A stretch of DNA of 51,809 nucleotides from a virus. Its lineage: Duplodnaviria > Caudoviricetes. Shown piece after piece: positions 16,676 through 27,159 of this stretch. Under the pieces are notes generated by a model. That model worked only from the letters and a program-made list of their open reading frames with translations. It was not told where the DNA came from and searched no databases. Both the position numbers and the translations under genes were made by a program. How positions within the stretch are numbered: position 1 is the first letter of the stretch; each line of letters opens with the position of its first letter. The stretch covers positions 1 to 51,809 of the IMG/VR virus record IMGVR_UViG_3300025374_000001. The stretch is one strand, 5' to 3'.

Positions 16676-17761
16676 TTATGTGAACTTCAGCACTATGCCA
16701 AGCGTGTATGTAGTTCCAGCGTCTAGTGTGACCGGTGTGGATAGTGCGACTCTAACCAGAAGAGTCCTCCTGGCGGCCACAGTTGCGCCGACAAAGCCGT
16801 TGATATTAGCAAACAAGCCGATTTCTCCAAGCGTAACAGTTGTAGACGGCGTGTATATGCCAGTCCTAACTATGCGCACCTCGTTGAGTGCCGTATCGAC
16901 TTCAACAGTCTGTGTCTGAGTACCCAACGAAACTATCGGAGACCTGAGATTTGTAAACGTCGGCGATGCGGGGGTGTTGTCTGTGCCAATTACGACGTCT
17001 GGAGAGCCAACAAAAACGTTTGCAGACTGTATCGCGTAGTCTGAGCCGTCTGGCATCTTTGAATTCAAACATAAGGAGGGTCTCCTGCGGTGCCCAACCA
17101 TGGCGCAGAACAGCGCCCTGACGAACCAACGCGTGAATTCCGCCGGGAAGGTCAGCTGGTACCCATCGAAATACGGCGTATACGCTGACCTGCTCACCGC
17201 AGACGGGAACCTTGTGCGCGACAGCAAAGTTACGTGGTTATTAGCAGTATCGACAAACAACTTTAAGCCCATTTCAGTTGCGTTGAGCAGGGAAGACGGG
17301 CTGTAGCGCGCAGCTATCAGCAGATTAGTACTGTTTGTATCTTCTACGATGTCGATATATGACGTAGGCAATATTAAGGACGGGCTTGCCAAGTTGTTGT
17401 CGTTTACAGTAGGCGCAGTAGTGCCAGTTCCAAACTGTGCAAAAATTGTCAAACCTTGCTCAAACGGGGGTGACCAAGATTGTAACAAACTGCCAGTAGA
17501 CGTCGCAATTGACCTACTGATGCCACCTTCGTCGAAGACGTTTACATCGACCCTTCGAAGAAGGCCATCAACTATGTATCCCATGTTGCGCGTAAACTTG
17601 TTTTTGATGAACAAACCGCCGTCCAGTCTGAAGAATCCACTTATTGGAACTTCTGCAATTATCTGCTTTCTGTCTACCAATACACGTGCGACGGACATAC
17701 TACGCAATGCGCACGCTTGCTGATGTTCTTTCCGTGACTGCGACAGGCACAGACGGCGCAA
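16676..17761 (-). CDS. Structural protein with two tail-collar-like domains (probable start about 17698, MSVARV)
   Basis: Two copies of G[T]..T.P...NL.SP ... E[MI]GL ... L.R. Confidence 0.65.
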   Translation of the reverse strand: MRRLCLSQSRKEHQQACALRSMSVARVLVDRKQIIAEVPISGFFRLDGGLFIKNKFTRNMGYIVDGLLRRVDVNVFDEGGISRSIATSTGSLLQSWSPPFEQGLTIFAQFGTGTTAPTVNDNNLASPSLILPTSYIDIVEDTNSTNLLIAARYSPSSLLNATEMGLKLFVDTANNHVTLLSRTRFPSAVSRSAYTPYFDGYQLTFPAEFTRWFVRALFCAMVGHRRRPSLCLNSKMPDGSDYAIQSANVFVGSPDVVIGTDNTPASPTFTNLRSPIVSLGTQTQTVEVDTALNEVRIVRTGIYTPSTTVTLGEIGLFANINGFVGATVAARRTLLVRVALSTPVTLDAGTTYTLGIVLKFT

Positions 17762-18113
17762 CTAAGTCTTGAGCAAGCTGGTCGTCTGGCCCAGAACGTG
17801 CTACTTCAGTTGCACTGGCGTATGAAGACATGCCCGTCTCAGTTGTTGCTCCTGGCACAGACGGCGCAACTAAGTCTTGAGCAAGCTGGTCGCTTGGTCT
17901 AGCTACAGGCAAGTCGATGAGTGGCACAATTGCATGCAAGCCTGTCTCTGTAACGGGGGACGTCACAACTGGGGTCTGGCTCACCACGACTGTCTGAACG
18001 CTTACGAGTCTGGCGACAGACCTCCTTCCGTCGATTGGATACCCGGCAGGGAGCTCAGGCGTAATTGCGAAATCCGGCATGTTTATACATTTACATAAGT
18101 AGTATTTAAACAT
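17700..18113 (-). CDS. Hypothetical protein with internal repeat (probable start MPDFAI)
   Basis: DQLAQDLVAPSVP occurs twice, 36 aa apart. Confidence 0.65.
   Translation of the reverse strand: MFKYYLCKCINMPDFAITPELPAGYPIDGRRSVARLVSVQTVVVSQTPVVTSPVTETGLHAIVPLIDLPVARPSDQLAQDLVAPSVPGATTETGMSSYASATEVARSGPDDQLAQDLVAPSVPVAVTERTSASVRIA
17746..17892. repeat. Perfect 39-bp direct repeat (17746-17784, 17854-17892)
   Basis: GGCACAGACGGCGCAACTAAGTCTTGAGCAAGCTGGTCG twice. Confidence 0.95.
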
Positions 18114-19209
18114 TAACCGAAATGACAGAAACCAGCTGTTTCGCTACTATGTCCCACCTGTACTGAGGATACAGCACCTTACGTCGCCACTCGTCCACCT
18201 TAGCTCTATATTCTTCATAATTATCTAGAATATCTTCAACCTTAGCAACCGCATCTTCCACGTCTACCGCATAGCCGTAGCCGACGTGAACGTTGCTGTC
18301 CGGCAGGGGTTTCACCCTCTCGCCGGGCCTAACCCTCAGAAACGGCGGGATGTACTCAGTCCACGGGCCCCAGTCCACCGCGATTGTGGGCACGCCCCGC
18401 GCCAAAGATTCAAGCCCGTTCAGCTCAAACGCCCCGCCGACGCTGAACATCAGCGCCACATCTGCAATGTCATAGAGTGCCATCTTCTCTACATCTCTAA
18501 GCCAGCCGTAGACCTGCACTATGCCGAAGGGGACGAGCTCTGCCAGTTCAGACACGTCTGCCATGCTCGTCTTCACTACAAGCTTAACGTCGCTCCTCAT
18601 TTTGCTGAGTCTCTCGTAGACTGCCTTCACCCACGGGCCGCCTTTGCGTATCCACGAATGCCAGTACCACCACAGCAACAGCTTTTTGCCCGTCCTCTGC
18701 TTGTATTGATACAGTTGTATAAGCGACGCTGACAAGCCTCTGGCGCCCTGCGCAGTCCAGACATTCTGCGCCGTATACCAGTGTTCGTCTACGCCGTGGG
18801 GCACTCTGTAGACTGGTTTCTTAACCCCGCTCATCCTAAACACATCCACGCAAAACATCGACGGTACGACCAACACGTCTGTCTCATTGAGCGCATTGAC
18901 TGCTTCTCTCGACATTCTGTCTGTATCGCAGACGTAGACGCCAACAATTTTTTCATACCGGTTCATGACTTCGACAATATCTACGACGTCGCTCATTTCG
19001 CTACTTATAACACTCCAGACATATACAAATGGATGCACAACAACTACATATCTGCCGTCCGGCTTAAACAGCGGAAATGCGTATACCGGCATCTCTTTGA
19101 CGCTTACTGTGCCCAACTTCCGCATATACTCTATGTGTTTCTGCGCCACAAGCGTAAACGAAGTGGTCCGCACCCTATCATACACGTACAAAACATTCAT
19201 TGAAGACAT
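18106..19209 (-). CDS. Glycosyltransferase, GT-B/GT4 family
   Basis: VVPS, VPHGVD, RKG, GAFELNGLESLARGVPTI. Confidence 0.92.
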   Translation of the reverse strand: MSSMNVLYVYDRVRTTSFTLVAQKHIEYMRKLGTVSVKEMPVYAFPLFKPDGRYVVVVHPFVYVWSVISSEMSDVVDIVEVMNRYEKIVGVYVCDTDRMSREAVNALNETDVLVVPSMFCVDVFRMSGVKKPVYRVPHGVDEHWYTAQNVWTAQGARGLSASLIQLYQYKQRTGKKLLLWWYWHSWIRKGGPWVKAVYERLSKMRSDVKLVVKTSMADVSELAELVPFGIVQVYGWLRDVEKMALYDIADVALMFSVGGAFELNGLESLARGVPTIAVDWGPWTEYIPPFLRVRPGERVKPLPDSNVHVGYGYAVDVEDAVAKVEDILDNYEEYRAKVDEWRRKVLYPQYRWDIVAKQLVSVISVNV

Positions 19210-19294
19210 AGTACCTACTGAATAGCAACTTATTAATAACTACTCTGACTGTACCCACCTTGTTGCAAGCAGAAAAAAGAGAGGATTGTTTAGA

Positions 19295-19987
19295 CTAGCG
19301 CGATGCAACTATCTCAAACGCCACGTCCGCCCCGGTGAGAGCGGTCCGCACTCTGACGTATGGATACGCAACGCCTTGGTATATCTTTACTCCATTCCCA
19401 GGCAAAGACAGGGTTATTGTGTCCAGCAGGCGCCACGTGGAGCCGTCTAGCGACACCTCGACATACACTGTGCCTGGACCCCCCAGCGCATAGTAGACAT
19501 TGACGTGTGGGCGCCCCCCCTTATTGAGTTGCACAGTCAGGCCAGACGTATTTGACGAAACTGACACCGAACCCGTCGCGGATACTGGAGAGAGTTCAAA
19601 CATCAATTCAACAGGCGCTGCCACGACAACTCTCCCTTCAGTATCTACAGGCTCGTATATCCTTACGCCAACCCGCCCGTACTCGTCTACCGCCCTGCGC
19701 CATATGTTATAGAGTTGCGACGCGTCAACAGCTTCAGTTATCTGTCGCTTAGCCATGTCGTAGAAACTCGCTATGTGAACTGGGTCGTCGTCAAGAAGCA
19801 CGGGCCTGCCCCCCACCCTCGGTCGCTCTCTGAACCGCGCCGTGCGGGCGTTTAGCTCATCTACAGTTAAATCGCTCTGTCCCGACGTAAACATCCCGTA
19901 GAGGTCGTTCAACGCATCAACTACTGCGTTCCACTCCGTACTCCTCAGGACCTCCGTGCCTTTGTAACGCAGACCGCGCCAGCTCAT
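19295..19987 (-). CDS. Rudivirus-like minor structural protein
   Basis: Start MSWRG; EWNAVV..LY and RPVLLDDDPVHIASF resemble a conserved rudiviral gene (from memory). Confidence 0.65.
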   Translation of the reverse strand: MSWRGLRYKGTEVLRSTEWNAVVDALNDLYGMFTSGQSDLTVDELNARTARFRERPRVGGRPVLLDDDPVHIASFYDMAKRQITEAVDASQLYNIWRRAVDEYGRVGVRIYEPVDTEGRVVVAAPVELMFELSPVSATGSVSVSSNTSGLTVQLNKGGRPHVNVYYALGGPGTVYVEVSLDGSTWRLLDTITLSLPGNGVKIYQGVAYPYVRVRTALTGADVAFEIVASR

Positions 19988-19988
19988 C

Positions 19989-20201
19989 CTACCTTCTGCC
20001 CTGCTGTTGCTGTGTCTGTTGCTGTATCGGCTTAGACAACTCCTGAGCCATCTTCTTAAGCTCATCGCTCAATTTAGCGAGCTGTTGTGCCGACTGTTGC
20101 AGAGTTGCAATATGTTTCTCTGTATCCTTAACGTGTTTGTTCAACATTTCGTTTAGTTCTCTGACTATGTCATCGGTAGATTTAGGCTGATTCGAAGACA
20201 T
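19989..20201 (-). CDS. Small coiled-coil protein
   Basis: Heptad Q/L/K-rich; TTAAATA box upstream. Confidence 0.75.
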   Translation of the reverse strand: MSSNQPKSTDDIVRELNEMLNKHVKDTEKHIATLQQSAQQLAKLSDELKKMAQELSKPIQQQTQQQQGRR

Positions 20202-20231
20202 GTGGAAAAATGTATTGGAACATATTTAAGC

Positions 20232-23200
20232 TTACCGACGCGACTGTCTAGTCGCGACGATCCTTAGACGTCTCAGTCGCGCCCTACGCCTTATCAATGA
20301 CAAGGTCAGCTCAGGGATGCCCAACTGTTTCAAGTATTGTAATTCTCTTTCAAATGTGGTATCATCAATAACGCCATAGGCGTAACTCATCACAAGCTCA
20401 GACACATACCCCCTTATTTCAGGGTAGTTCTGATAGTGTATTATGTACTGTTTCCACATAGTCTTAATCACTTCTTTAGTCGCGTTGTCAACTGGAAGTG
20501 CGTCAACGATTTTCGTTACGCGGGTCCATGCCATGTCTGCTGCTACATCGCTGTAGCGCGACATAGTCGCCAAGCTCCTTGTTACGCCTAATAACTCAGT
20601 CCAAGCATGTCTGGCCCTGTTTGCCAACACTGTACGCGTAATTATTTCGCGTTCAAGCGGTTCATATCCATACGTAGACAACGTACTGAGTACGTCACTA
20701 AGCGCGTCAATGGGTAATATGTTGCGCTCCACTAGCGCAACCATTGCGCTAAGCCACCTCTTAACCTCGTCTATGACAGGTCTCAGGTAGATGTACTTAG
20801 TCCACAGCTCAGCCCATACCCCTCTCACTCTCCTAGTTTCAAACACCTCCCTAATGAAAAAGCGCACCTCGGGCAAGACCTCAGCCATGGTGGCAAGCAT
20901 GGTCGGCGTTGGGATGTACTCCTTAGCCGAATCAACGGCGAGGTCCAGCTCGGCCCTCAACTGTATCAGCGCAATCTCGGGCTCCGTGAAACCGTAGTTC
21001 AGCGCATTCTGTAATATGTTGTTGAAGACGTCTCTGCTTATTGTGCCGTATCGAAGCGCCCTAAGCGCGCTGGAAATGACTTGCCTGTAATCAGCCTTTA
21101 ATGGCTTGACAGCTATATACCTGGCGACGAATTCTGCGAAGTCGCTGTCTATGTTATATTCAGCTATGGACTTAGCGACAAGCGACTGAGGTATCGACAT
21201 GTACTCAGCCAGCGTCGCCAGTTGCCATGGCGTCGGCACCCTAACGCTTTTGCTCTCGATATTCTCATATATCATCGAGAGGAACTCACCACGCATCTTC
21301 AGTATAGCAATCTCAGGCTCGGTGAAACCATAATCTCTTGCACGTTCCACTATCTGTTCAAATACGTCCTTAGTTATCCTCCTTGCTCTAAGCGCGCGTA
21401 TAGCATCTATGATCAGCTCTCTGTAGTCCAGCTTTATCGGGCGCAATTTTACATATCGGTATAAGAACTCGCGATATTGTTCATCAACGTTGTATGCAAT
21501 TATGGACCTTACGATAAGGGCGTCGGGCACCATCATATACTCAGCTAGCGTAGCCATCTGCCACGGCGTCGGTATCCGTTCCTTTCCGATAATGTTGTAT
21601 ATCGCATCAACAATGGTGAGATAAGCATTCATCTCGATATCAGACAGTTTCAACAGGTCCTTGAGTTTCTGCAACATCTGCACGATTTTATCAACGTCTA
21701 CATAGCCATAGGCTACCCTATACAACAGCCAACCCGAAACACGTTGCCACCATAACCTAGCTCTCTCCATCGCTTCGAATTGACCCAGTTGCGCGAACAT
21801 GTTCAACCACACGTCCAAGTACTCAATATCATGGTTGAGAGACGTCTCGTGTCCAGTAATCTCGTATGCAATCTTAGAGTAGTGTGCATTGAGTAGTTTG
21901 ACGAAATCTACCAACACCTCCTTCGCCTCTTCGGGCGTCAGCACTAATGTCTTCACCGCCGACTTCATATATCCATAGAACTCGCGGTACAAGTCCATTA
22001 TTCTGTCAATCAATGCGCGGTACTCCAGCAACCTCCTTTCATGAGGCAACCAACGTATGGGCAGATTAATCCAACCTGTCATCCACTGCTTTTTCTCTGG
22101 ATCCCAATATCCAACTTTGTATGAGACAGTAAACAAGCCGCTTAGAGCTTTGTCCATTACATCAAACGTCAGCAAGCCCTCCTTGAAGAGGTTGATCCAG
22201 CCTGTACGGAGTAGCGTCATCTCGTCGGCAATCACCATGATGTTTTCCGCAACCGTCGTAACTGGAACCCACGCTGGATGCAGGCCAGTTGCTTGCAATA
22301 GTTTAGAGAACCACTGCAGTTCAACAGTTAGTTTTGACGCTGGCGCATTGTCGAGCACTTTATATATGATTTTAACCATCGGTGTATATTTGACGAATTC
22401 CCCCTCACCTATCCTAGAAGCCATGTGTTGGAATATGCCGTACCTCGACATCCAGCGCATATCTATCTTCGTTGGGATATCTGCAGCTACGTCCCACATC
22501 AACCACGAATCAGCGACCCAGCCGCCTAAGGTGCTGTGCACAAACTGGCCGACGTTGACACCTTGTAATTTTGTGTCGGGGGTTATCCAGGAGAAGTTTG
22601 AATATTCAAGCCACTTGAGATATAGGTTTAACGCCGTTTCAAATGCTTGTATTGCCTGTGCTCCTTTTTCTGCTAGCTCTTGTTGCACCTTAAGCGGACT
22701 AATCGGCTTGCCTGCCCTAAGTTGATCGGCCTCGCTTTCAAAGATTGCTTTGGCATATTCGGGCGGGCTGAACCAAAGCATGCCAGCCGTGGCACGCATG
22801 TAGAACTCCCAAAGCTTTTCAAATGACGGGTACTTGAACGTCAGGAGATACATCAAGGTGCTTATGTCCTCGCTCCAGCCGCGTATCCACGTCACCGCTT
22901 TCATTGTCTTTACGCTGGGGAATATGTCGCGTTGGGTCATCCTAGCTAGCTCTGAATGTGTCGGGAGCTCGTAGAGCGGACTCAGCGGAATCTTCCTTGG
23001 GGCGCCGAAACGGTCCTCAAAGGTGATATAGAATTTGTCGGGATCCTGTGCAACGAATTCAACGTACCACTTTGGCAATCCAAAGTAGTGCATATGCAAC
23101 TTGATTGTATCGAGTATGTTTGCCATGCTCTTAGGCGTTACGTCGCCAGGTACTGCTATTTTAGTCTCTCTGATCTCTTCCCCATACTGGGTCGCTTTAA

Positions 23201-26126
23201 TTGTCGCTATCCACCTCCTTGCCCACTCCATCATTTCATGCTCAGACGGTATCCTGACAAACGCGTTGTATATTGCGCCAGGAGCTCCTAAGGTCCGGGC
23301 AACGGGACCAATCAGTTTGTCCTTAATCTTTTCATAGTATTCAACCACCCTTGGCACGTACCACGACTGTATGTTCTGGAGGTAGAGTTGCGCAATCGCA
23401 AACGATGAGCCTATCGCGAAGGCGTGGGCATAAGACGGCAGAGTCTCAGCGATACTGGTCAGCAACTCTCCGACGTTGATACGGAAGTCAAAACCAATCA
23501 TCTTCGTGCCAGCGACTTGCGGTTCAAAACGCACCTCCATGTGACCAAACACGTTGGCAAGCCCGCGCAACGCATACGCCAAAACTGTGGACTGCCAGTA
23601 CGGCATCATTAGCTGTGCGCCTATCCACCACATCTGATTACCAATACCTTCGGCGCGCTCAAAGCCCAACTGTAGTATGTCTTCCACTTTCTTTGCAGTC
23701 TTGACCCAGCGTTCAGTCAATGCGTTGTCAAGAGCCTTTGTTATTTCGTCATACAACGGCGAGAACGAGATGGCTATTACTGATATCATCGGCAACAGCA
23801 CACCAATCAGAGCTGGCGATTGTGGCTTGACAAAGTTCAGCAACGCATTAATTACGGTGTCAACAAACGACCTCATCGCTGAGACCACAGCAGACACCGC
23901 CTTGCCTACGACCTCCATAGTTATCTTGAGACCATGCGCTATAGTCTCACCTATTCTATTTGCAAGCTCTAGGAGAGGTTTGTAGACACGCTCAGCCAGC
24001 CACTTCCAGGGATCCTTCCAGAATTCCGTAAACCAGTCGTACAACTGTCTCCCAATTTTATTAAATAAATCAGAAATATACTGTAAAGCACCCTTAACGC
24101 TACTAGGCAATATATCCCAAGCCTTTTTCAATAAATTCATGAGAGGCTCAACTACATTTTTCCAAAGCCAGTTCGTCGGGTCTTTGATGAATTCACTGAC
24201 TTGTGTGACAAACGTTTCTATACCCTTAGGCAAAGTTTCGGTGAAGAACTTCCACGTGCCTTCGATGAAACGCCTGAGACCCTCAGGCAACGCATTCCAT
24301 ATAGCCTGGCCGATGAACGTAAGTGCTTCCTTAACCTTGTTAACAAATGGCGTGATTACATTATCCGTAATCCATTTGAGCGGGTCTCTGCTGAACTCAC
24401 TCCACCATGCTTGAACCGACTTGATGAAGTTTATAATCGTCTCAGGCACCGTCTTCGTGAAGAAGTCGTATATGGCTTGCAGAATTGCCTTTATCTCATT
24501 TGGAAGCACGTTCCAAACAGCTGTTGCGAACTCGACAAGTTTGTCATACAGAGGTTGCGCGATATTTCTGCGTATCCAGTCAAGCGGGTCTCTGCTGAAC
24601 TCACTCCACCATGCTTGAACCGACTTGATGAAGTTTATAATCGTCTCAGGCACCGTCTTCGTGAAGAAGTCGTATATGGCTTGAAAAGCGGCCTTGATCT
24701 CGTTTGGCAGTAAGTTCCAGAGCTCCCCTGGCAACCTCTGCAACATGTTGACGAATCCCATCAATGCTCCTGCGACTTGGTGCAATAACGTGGTCGCCTT
24801 CTGTATCCAGTCGCCGATTTGCTTAAACGCATTCAGCACAATCCCTGATGCAACATCCGCCGCGCCTATGATCTGCCTGACGACGTCGTTGAACACGCCA
24901 GGTATCTGTCTAGCCTGGTCAATGATACGATTAAACCCGTCCTGTATCGCGTTTACAATGTTGTTAAACGCGCCGACTATCTGATCTGCAACTTGTCTAA
25001 TTGTGTTAGGAATGTTCTGGATGTTCTGTATTATTACGCCGACCGCGTTTGATATTGTTTCTCTTGTCTTATTCAAGAAGTCTCCTACTGCAGACCCCGC
25101 TTGTTGTAGCGCATTAATTATGGTGCCGAATCCTTGCTGAATTCTGTTTACCATTTCCCCGAAAAAGCTCTGCAACCTATTTGCAAGGTCTCCCACGGCG
25201 CTGGTTATCCTCCCAACGACATCGCTGACTACCCCAGGTATCTGCAGAATTCTGTTGACAAGTTCCACAAATACCGACTGGATTCTGCCCGCTATGTCGC
25301 TCACGGCAGACGCCAACCTAGAGAGTATGTCTGATATTACTGAAGGTATTTGCGAAATCCTCTGAGTGATTTCTCCAAGGACGTTCTGGATCCTGCTGAT
25401 GATGTCGCTAGCAAATGAAGCTATTCTCGACAACACTTCTGATATCACCGACGGTATCTGAGAAATTCTGTTTACCAACTCGCTAAACACGCCTTGTATC
25501 CTGCTTGCAACGTCCCCCACTATGGTGCCAATACGAGAAACGACGTTGTTTATTACATTCGGCAAATTGGCTATTGTATTAGCTATGCTATTTATCACAT
25601 TCCTTATGTTATCTACAGCACCACTGAAGGCGTTTGCGATTTGTGAAACTATATTTGACACGTGACCAGGTATAGACTGAATTGCCTGGACAAACGTGTT
25701 GTATAAGTTCATAAACAAATCTCTCAACCTGCCAAGCGCATCTGATATGAACTGTATAGCGTTGTAGATAGGCGTCAGCACTACGTTCTGCATGTTGCTC
25801 GCCAGCTGAGAAAGCATGTTAGACATGCCCGACAGCGTGCTCCACATCCTGTTCAACACGTCAGCCATCGGAGAAATCAACGCGTTGAGCAAATTCCTGA
25901 TAGAATCGAAGAAACCTGTCAGCAGAGACGCCAAGAAGTCGCGGAGCTGGCCAATGGGATCCGTTATGCCAAGGACGTAAGACGCCGCGTTTTCCCAGTC
26001 AATATTTTCCAAGTCTTCAAGACGCAGTACAGGCTTAATTGTATTATCTAAGTTTATGTTCAACAGTACGCTTAAGTCTAGGTTGCGTAATTCATCAAAG
26101 TTTATGCTGAACTTATCGTCATCCAT
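20232..26126 (-). CDS. Giant virion protein (terminal-fibre/tape-measure-like, 1964 aa)
   Basis: N-terminal amphipathic and Trp-periodic repeats; C-terminal PTP..ATLAE and YGFTEPEI repeats recall the large rudiviral fibre protein. Confidence 0.75.
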   Translation of the reverse strand: MDDDKFSINFDELRNLDLSVLLNINLDNTIKPVLRLEDLENIDWENAASYVLGITDPIGQLRDFLASLLTGFFDSIRNLLNALISPMADVLNRMWSTLSGMSNMLSQLASNMQNVVLTPIYNAIQFISDALGRLRDLFMNLYNTFVQAIQSIPGHVSNIVSQIANAFSGAVDNIRNVINSIANTIANLPNVINNVVSRIGTIVGDVASRIQGVFSELVNRISQIPSVISEVLSRIASFASDIISRIQNVLGEITQRISQIPSVISDILSRLASAVSDIAGRIQSVFVELVNRILQIPGVVSDVVGRITSAVGDLANRLQSFFGEMVNRIQQGFGTIINALQQAGSAVGDFLNKTRETISNAVGVIIQNIQNIPNTIRQVADQIVGAFNNIVNAIQDGFNRIIDQARQIPGVFNDVVRQIIGAADVASGIVLNAFKQIGDWIQKATTLLHQVAGALMGFVNMLQRLPGELWNLLPNEIKAAFQAIYDFFTKTVPETIINFIKSVQAWWSEFSRDPLDWIRRNIAQPLYDKLVEFATAVWNVLPNEIKAILQAIYDFFTKTVPETIINFIKSVQAWWSEFSRDPLKWITDNVITPFVNKVKEALTFIGQAIWNALPEGLRRFIEGTWKFFTETLPKGIETFVTQVSEFIKDPTNWLWKNVVEPLMNLLKKAWDILPSSVKGALQYISDLFNKIGRQLYDWFTEFWKDPWKWLAERVYKPLLELANRIGETIAHGLKITMEVVGKAVSAVVSAMRSFVDTVINALLNFVKPQSPALIGVLLPMISVIAISFSPLYDEITKALDNALTERWVKTAKKVEDILQLGFERAEGIGNQMWWIGAQLMMPYWQSTVLAYALRGLANVFGHMEVRFEPQVAGTKMIGFDFRINVGELLTSIAETLPSYAHAFAIGSSFAIAQLYLQNIQSWYVPRVVEYYEKIKDKLIGPVARTLGAPGAIYNAFVRIPSEHEMMEWARRWIATIKATQYGEEIRETKIAVPGDVTPKSMANILDTIKLHMHYFGLPKWYVEFVAQDPDKFYITFEDRFGAPRKIPLSPLYELPTHSELARMTQRDIFPSVKTMKAVTWIRGWSEDISTLMYLLTFKYPSFEKLWEFYMRATAGMLWFSPPEYAKAIFESEADQLRAGKPISPLKVQQELAEKGAQAIQAFETALNLYLKWLEYSNFSWITPDTKLQGVNVGQFVHSTLGGWVADSWLMWDVAADIPTKIDMRWMSRYGIFQHMASRIGEGEFVKYTPMVKIIYKVLDNAPASKLTVELQWFSKLLQATGLHPAWVPVTTVAENIMVIADEMTLLRTGWINLFKEGLLTFDVMDKALSGLFTVSYKVGYWDPEKKQWMTGWINLPIRWLPHERRLLEYRALIDRIMDLYREFYGYMKSAVKTLVLTPEEAKEVLVDFVKLLNAHYSKIAYEITGHETSLNHDIEYLDVWLNMFAQLGQFEAMERARLWWQRVSGWLLYRVAYGYVDVDKIVQMLQKLKDLLKLSDIEMNAYLTIVDAIYNIIGKERIPTPWQMATLAEYMMVPDALIVRSIIAYNVDEQYREFLYRYVKLRPIKLDYRELIIDAIRALRARRITKDVFEQIVERARDYGFTEPEIAILKMRGEFLSMIYENIESKSVRVPTPWQLATLAEYMSIPQSLVAKSIAEYNIDSDFAEFVARYIAVKPLKADYRQVISSALRALRYGTISRDVFNNILQNALNYGFTEPEIALIQLRAELDLAVDSAKEYIPTPTMLATMAEVLPEVRFFIREVFETRRVRGVWAELWTKYIYLRPVIDEVKRWLSAMVALVERNILPIDALSDVLSTLSTYGYEPLEREIITRTVLANRARHAWTELLGVTRSLATMSRYSDVAADMAWTRVTKIVDALPVDNATKEVIKTMWKQYIIHYQNYPEIRGYVSELVMSYAYGVIDDTTFERELQYLKQLGIPELTLSLIRRRARLRRLRIVATRQSRR
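24379..24683. repeat. Perfect 101-bp direct repeat (24379-24479, 24583-24683)
   Basis: Identical copies 204 bp apart within the giant gene. Confidence 0.95.
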
Positions 26127-26130
26127 GCCA

Positions 26131-26442
26131 CTATGTAAAACCAGTCTCGTCTCTGTGTATTGCCATCAACTCATACTTCAGTCGCTCCACTCTCAGAACA
26201 CTGACAAATTTGTCCACCCACTCAAGCGCCCGCTTTCTCAGCTCATCGATGTTCAGATCGGGGTACTGCATAGTCAGCGCATCCATCACAAGCTCATGTA
26301 TGTACCCGCGCATCTTGTCCTCACTTATCTTCCCCGCCCTGTAGGCCTCCACGATAAGCCCAAACGACGCGAAGAAGTCCACCCTAACGTTGGGCTCATG
26401 TATCTTCTCAATCAGTTTCTCAAGCAAATTCCTGTAGGACAT
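26131..26442 (-). CDS. Hypothetical helical protein
   Basis: Co-oriented directly upstream of the giant gene. Confidence 0.8.
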   Translation of the reverse strand: MSYRNLLEKLIEKIHEPNVRVDFFASFGLIVEAYRAGKISEDKMRGYIHELVMDALTMQYPDLNIDELRKRALEWVDKFVSVLRVERLKYELMAIHRDETGFT

Positions 26443-26482
26443 GTGATGTATGAGCTGTATAAGAATAAAAAATTTTTTTGGT

Positions 26483-27049
26483 TTATTCTACGCGTTCCTC
26501 TACAGCCCCAACTCTTCGTGTATTATCTTTACTATTGTCCTGATTATCAAATCTTCCTTCTTGATCCCCGTCTTCTGCTCCACCTCTTCCAGCTTTATCA
26601 GCAGTTTCTGCGGCACCTGCAAGCAGATCTGGTATGCCATATGTTGAAGATTTCAACTCGTTTATAATTAATTTGCGCAGAATGCTAGCTTTCAGTGTGG
26701 TGTCTGCACGCTTGGCGTAGACCTCCTTCCTGATTCTGTTCCTTATGCGTTCAAAAACCTCTGCAGACAACGTAAGCGTAACTGTTATCCTAGCCACGTA
26801 ACCGCCATCCTTATGGTATTCATCCACGCTGATGTTTATGAGAGGTCTCGTGCCGTATTTGATGGCGAAGTTTTCGACACCAGCCTTAAAGTAGTTTGTC
26901 ACAAACGACGTAAGCGACCTCGACAACAACACCATCGCCTTCTCAAAGAGGTAGTCAACAATTTGCTCAAGAGCTGGCTCCTTTTTCATTTCGCCGACTG
27001 ACGTCGTAGGCGACAATCCGACTTGTTCTGCGTTTGTCTCACCGCTCAT
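26483..27049 (-). CDS. Hypothetical protein
   Basis: TTTATATA box about 20 nt upstream; divergent from MCP. Confidence 0.8.
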   Translation of the reverse strand: MSGETNAEQVGLSPTTSVGEMKKEPALEQIVDYLFEKAMVLLSRSLTSFVTNYFKAGVENFAIKYGTRPLINISVDEYHKDGGYVARITVTLTLSAEVFERIRNRIRKEVYAKRADTTLKASILRKLIINELKSSTYGIPDLLAGAAETADKAGRGGAEDGDQEGRFDNQDNSKDNTRRVGAVEERVE

Positions 27050-27159
27050 CAGCCAAAACGGTTCATCTATATAAAAGCTTTACAGACATATGACACAAAT
27101 CCGGATTAATTTATTTTTCGATATCGAAATCGATTTTTTTGTTTTAAACAATGACTTTT

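Noticed and set aside
24379-24683. DGR template/variable repeat pair
   Set aside because: Copies are identical with no adenine-specific mismatches, and no reverse transcriptase is encoded.
26056-26667. 203-aa plus-strand ORF and similar antisense ORFs across the structural operon (e.g. 15735..16385, 22057..22725)
   Set aside because: Shadows of better-supported minus-strand genes.
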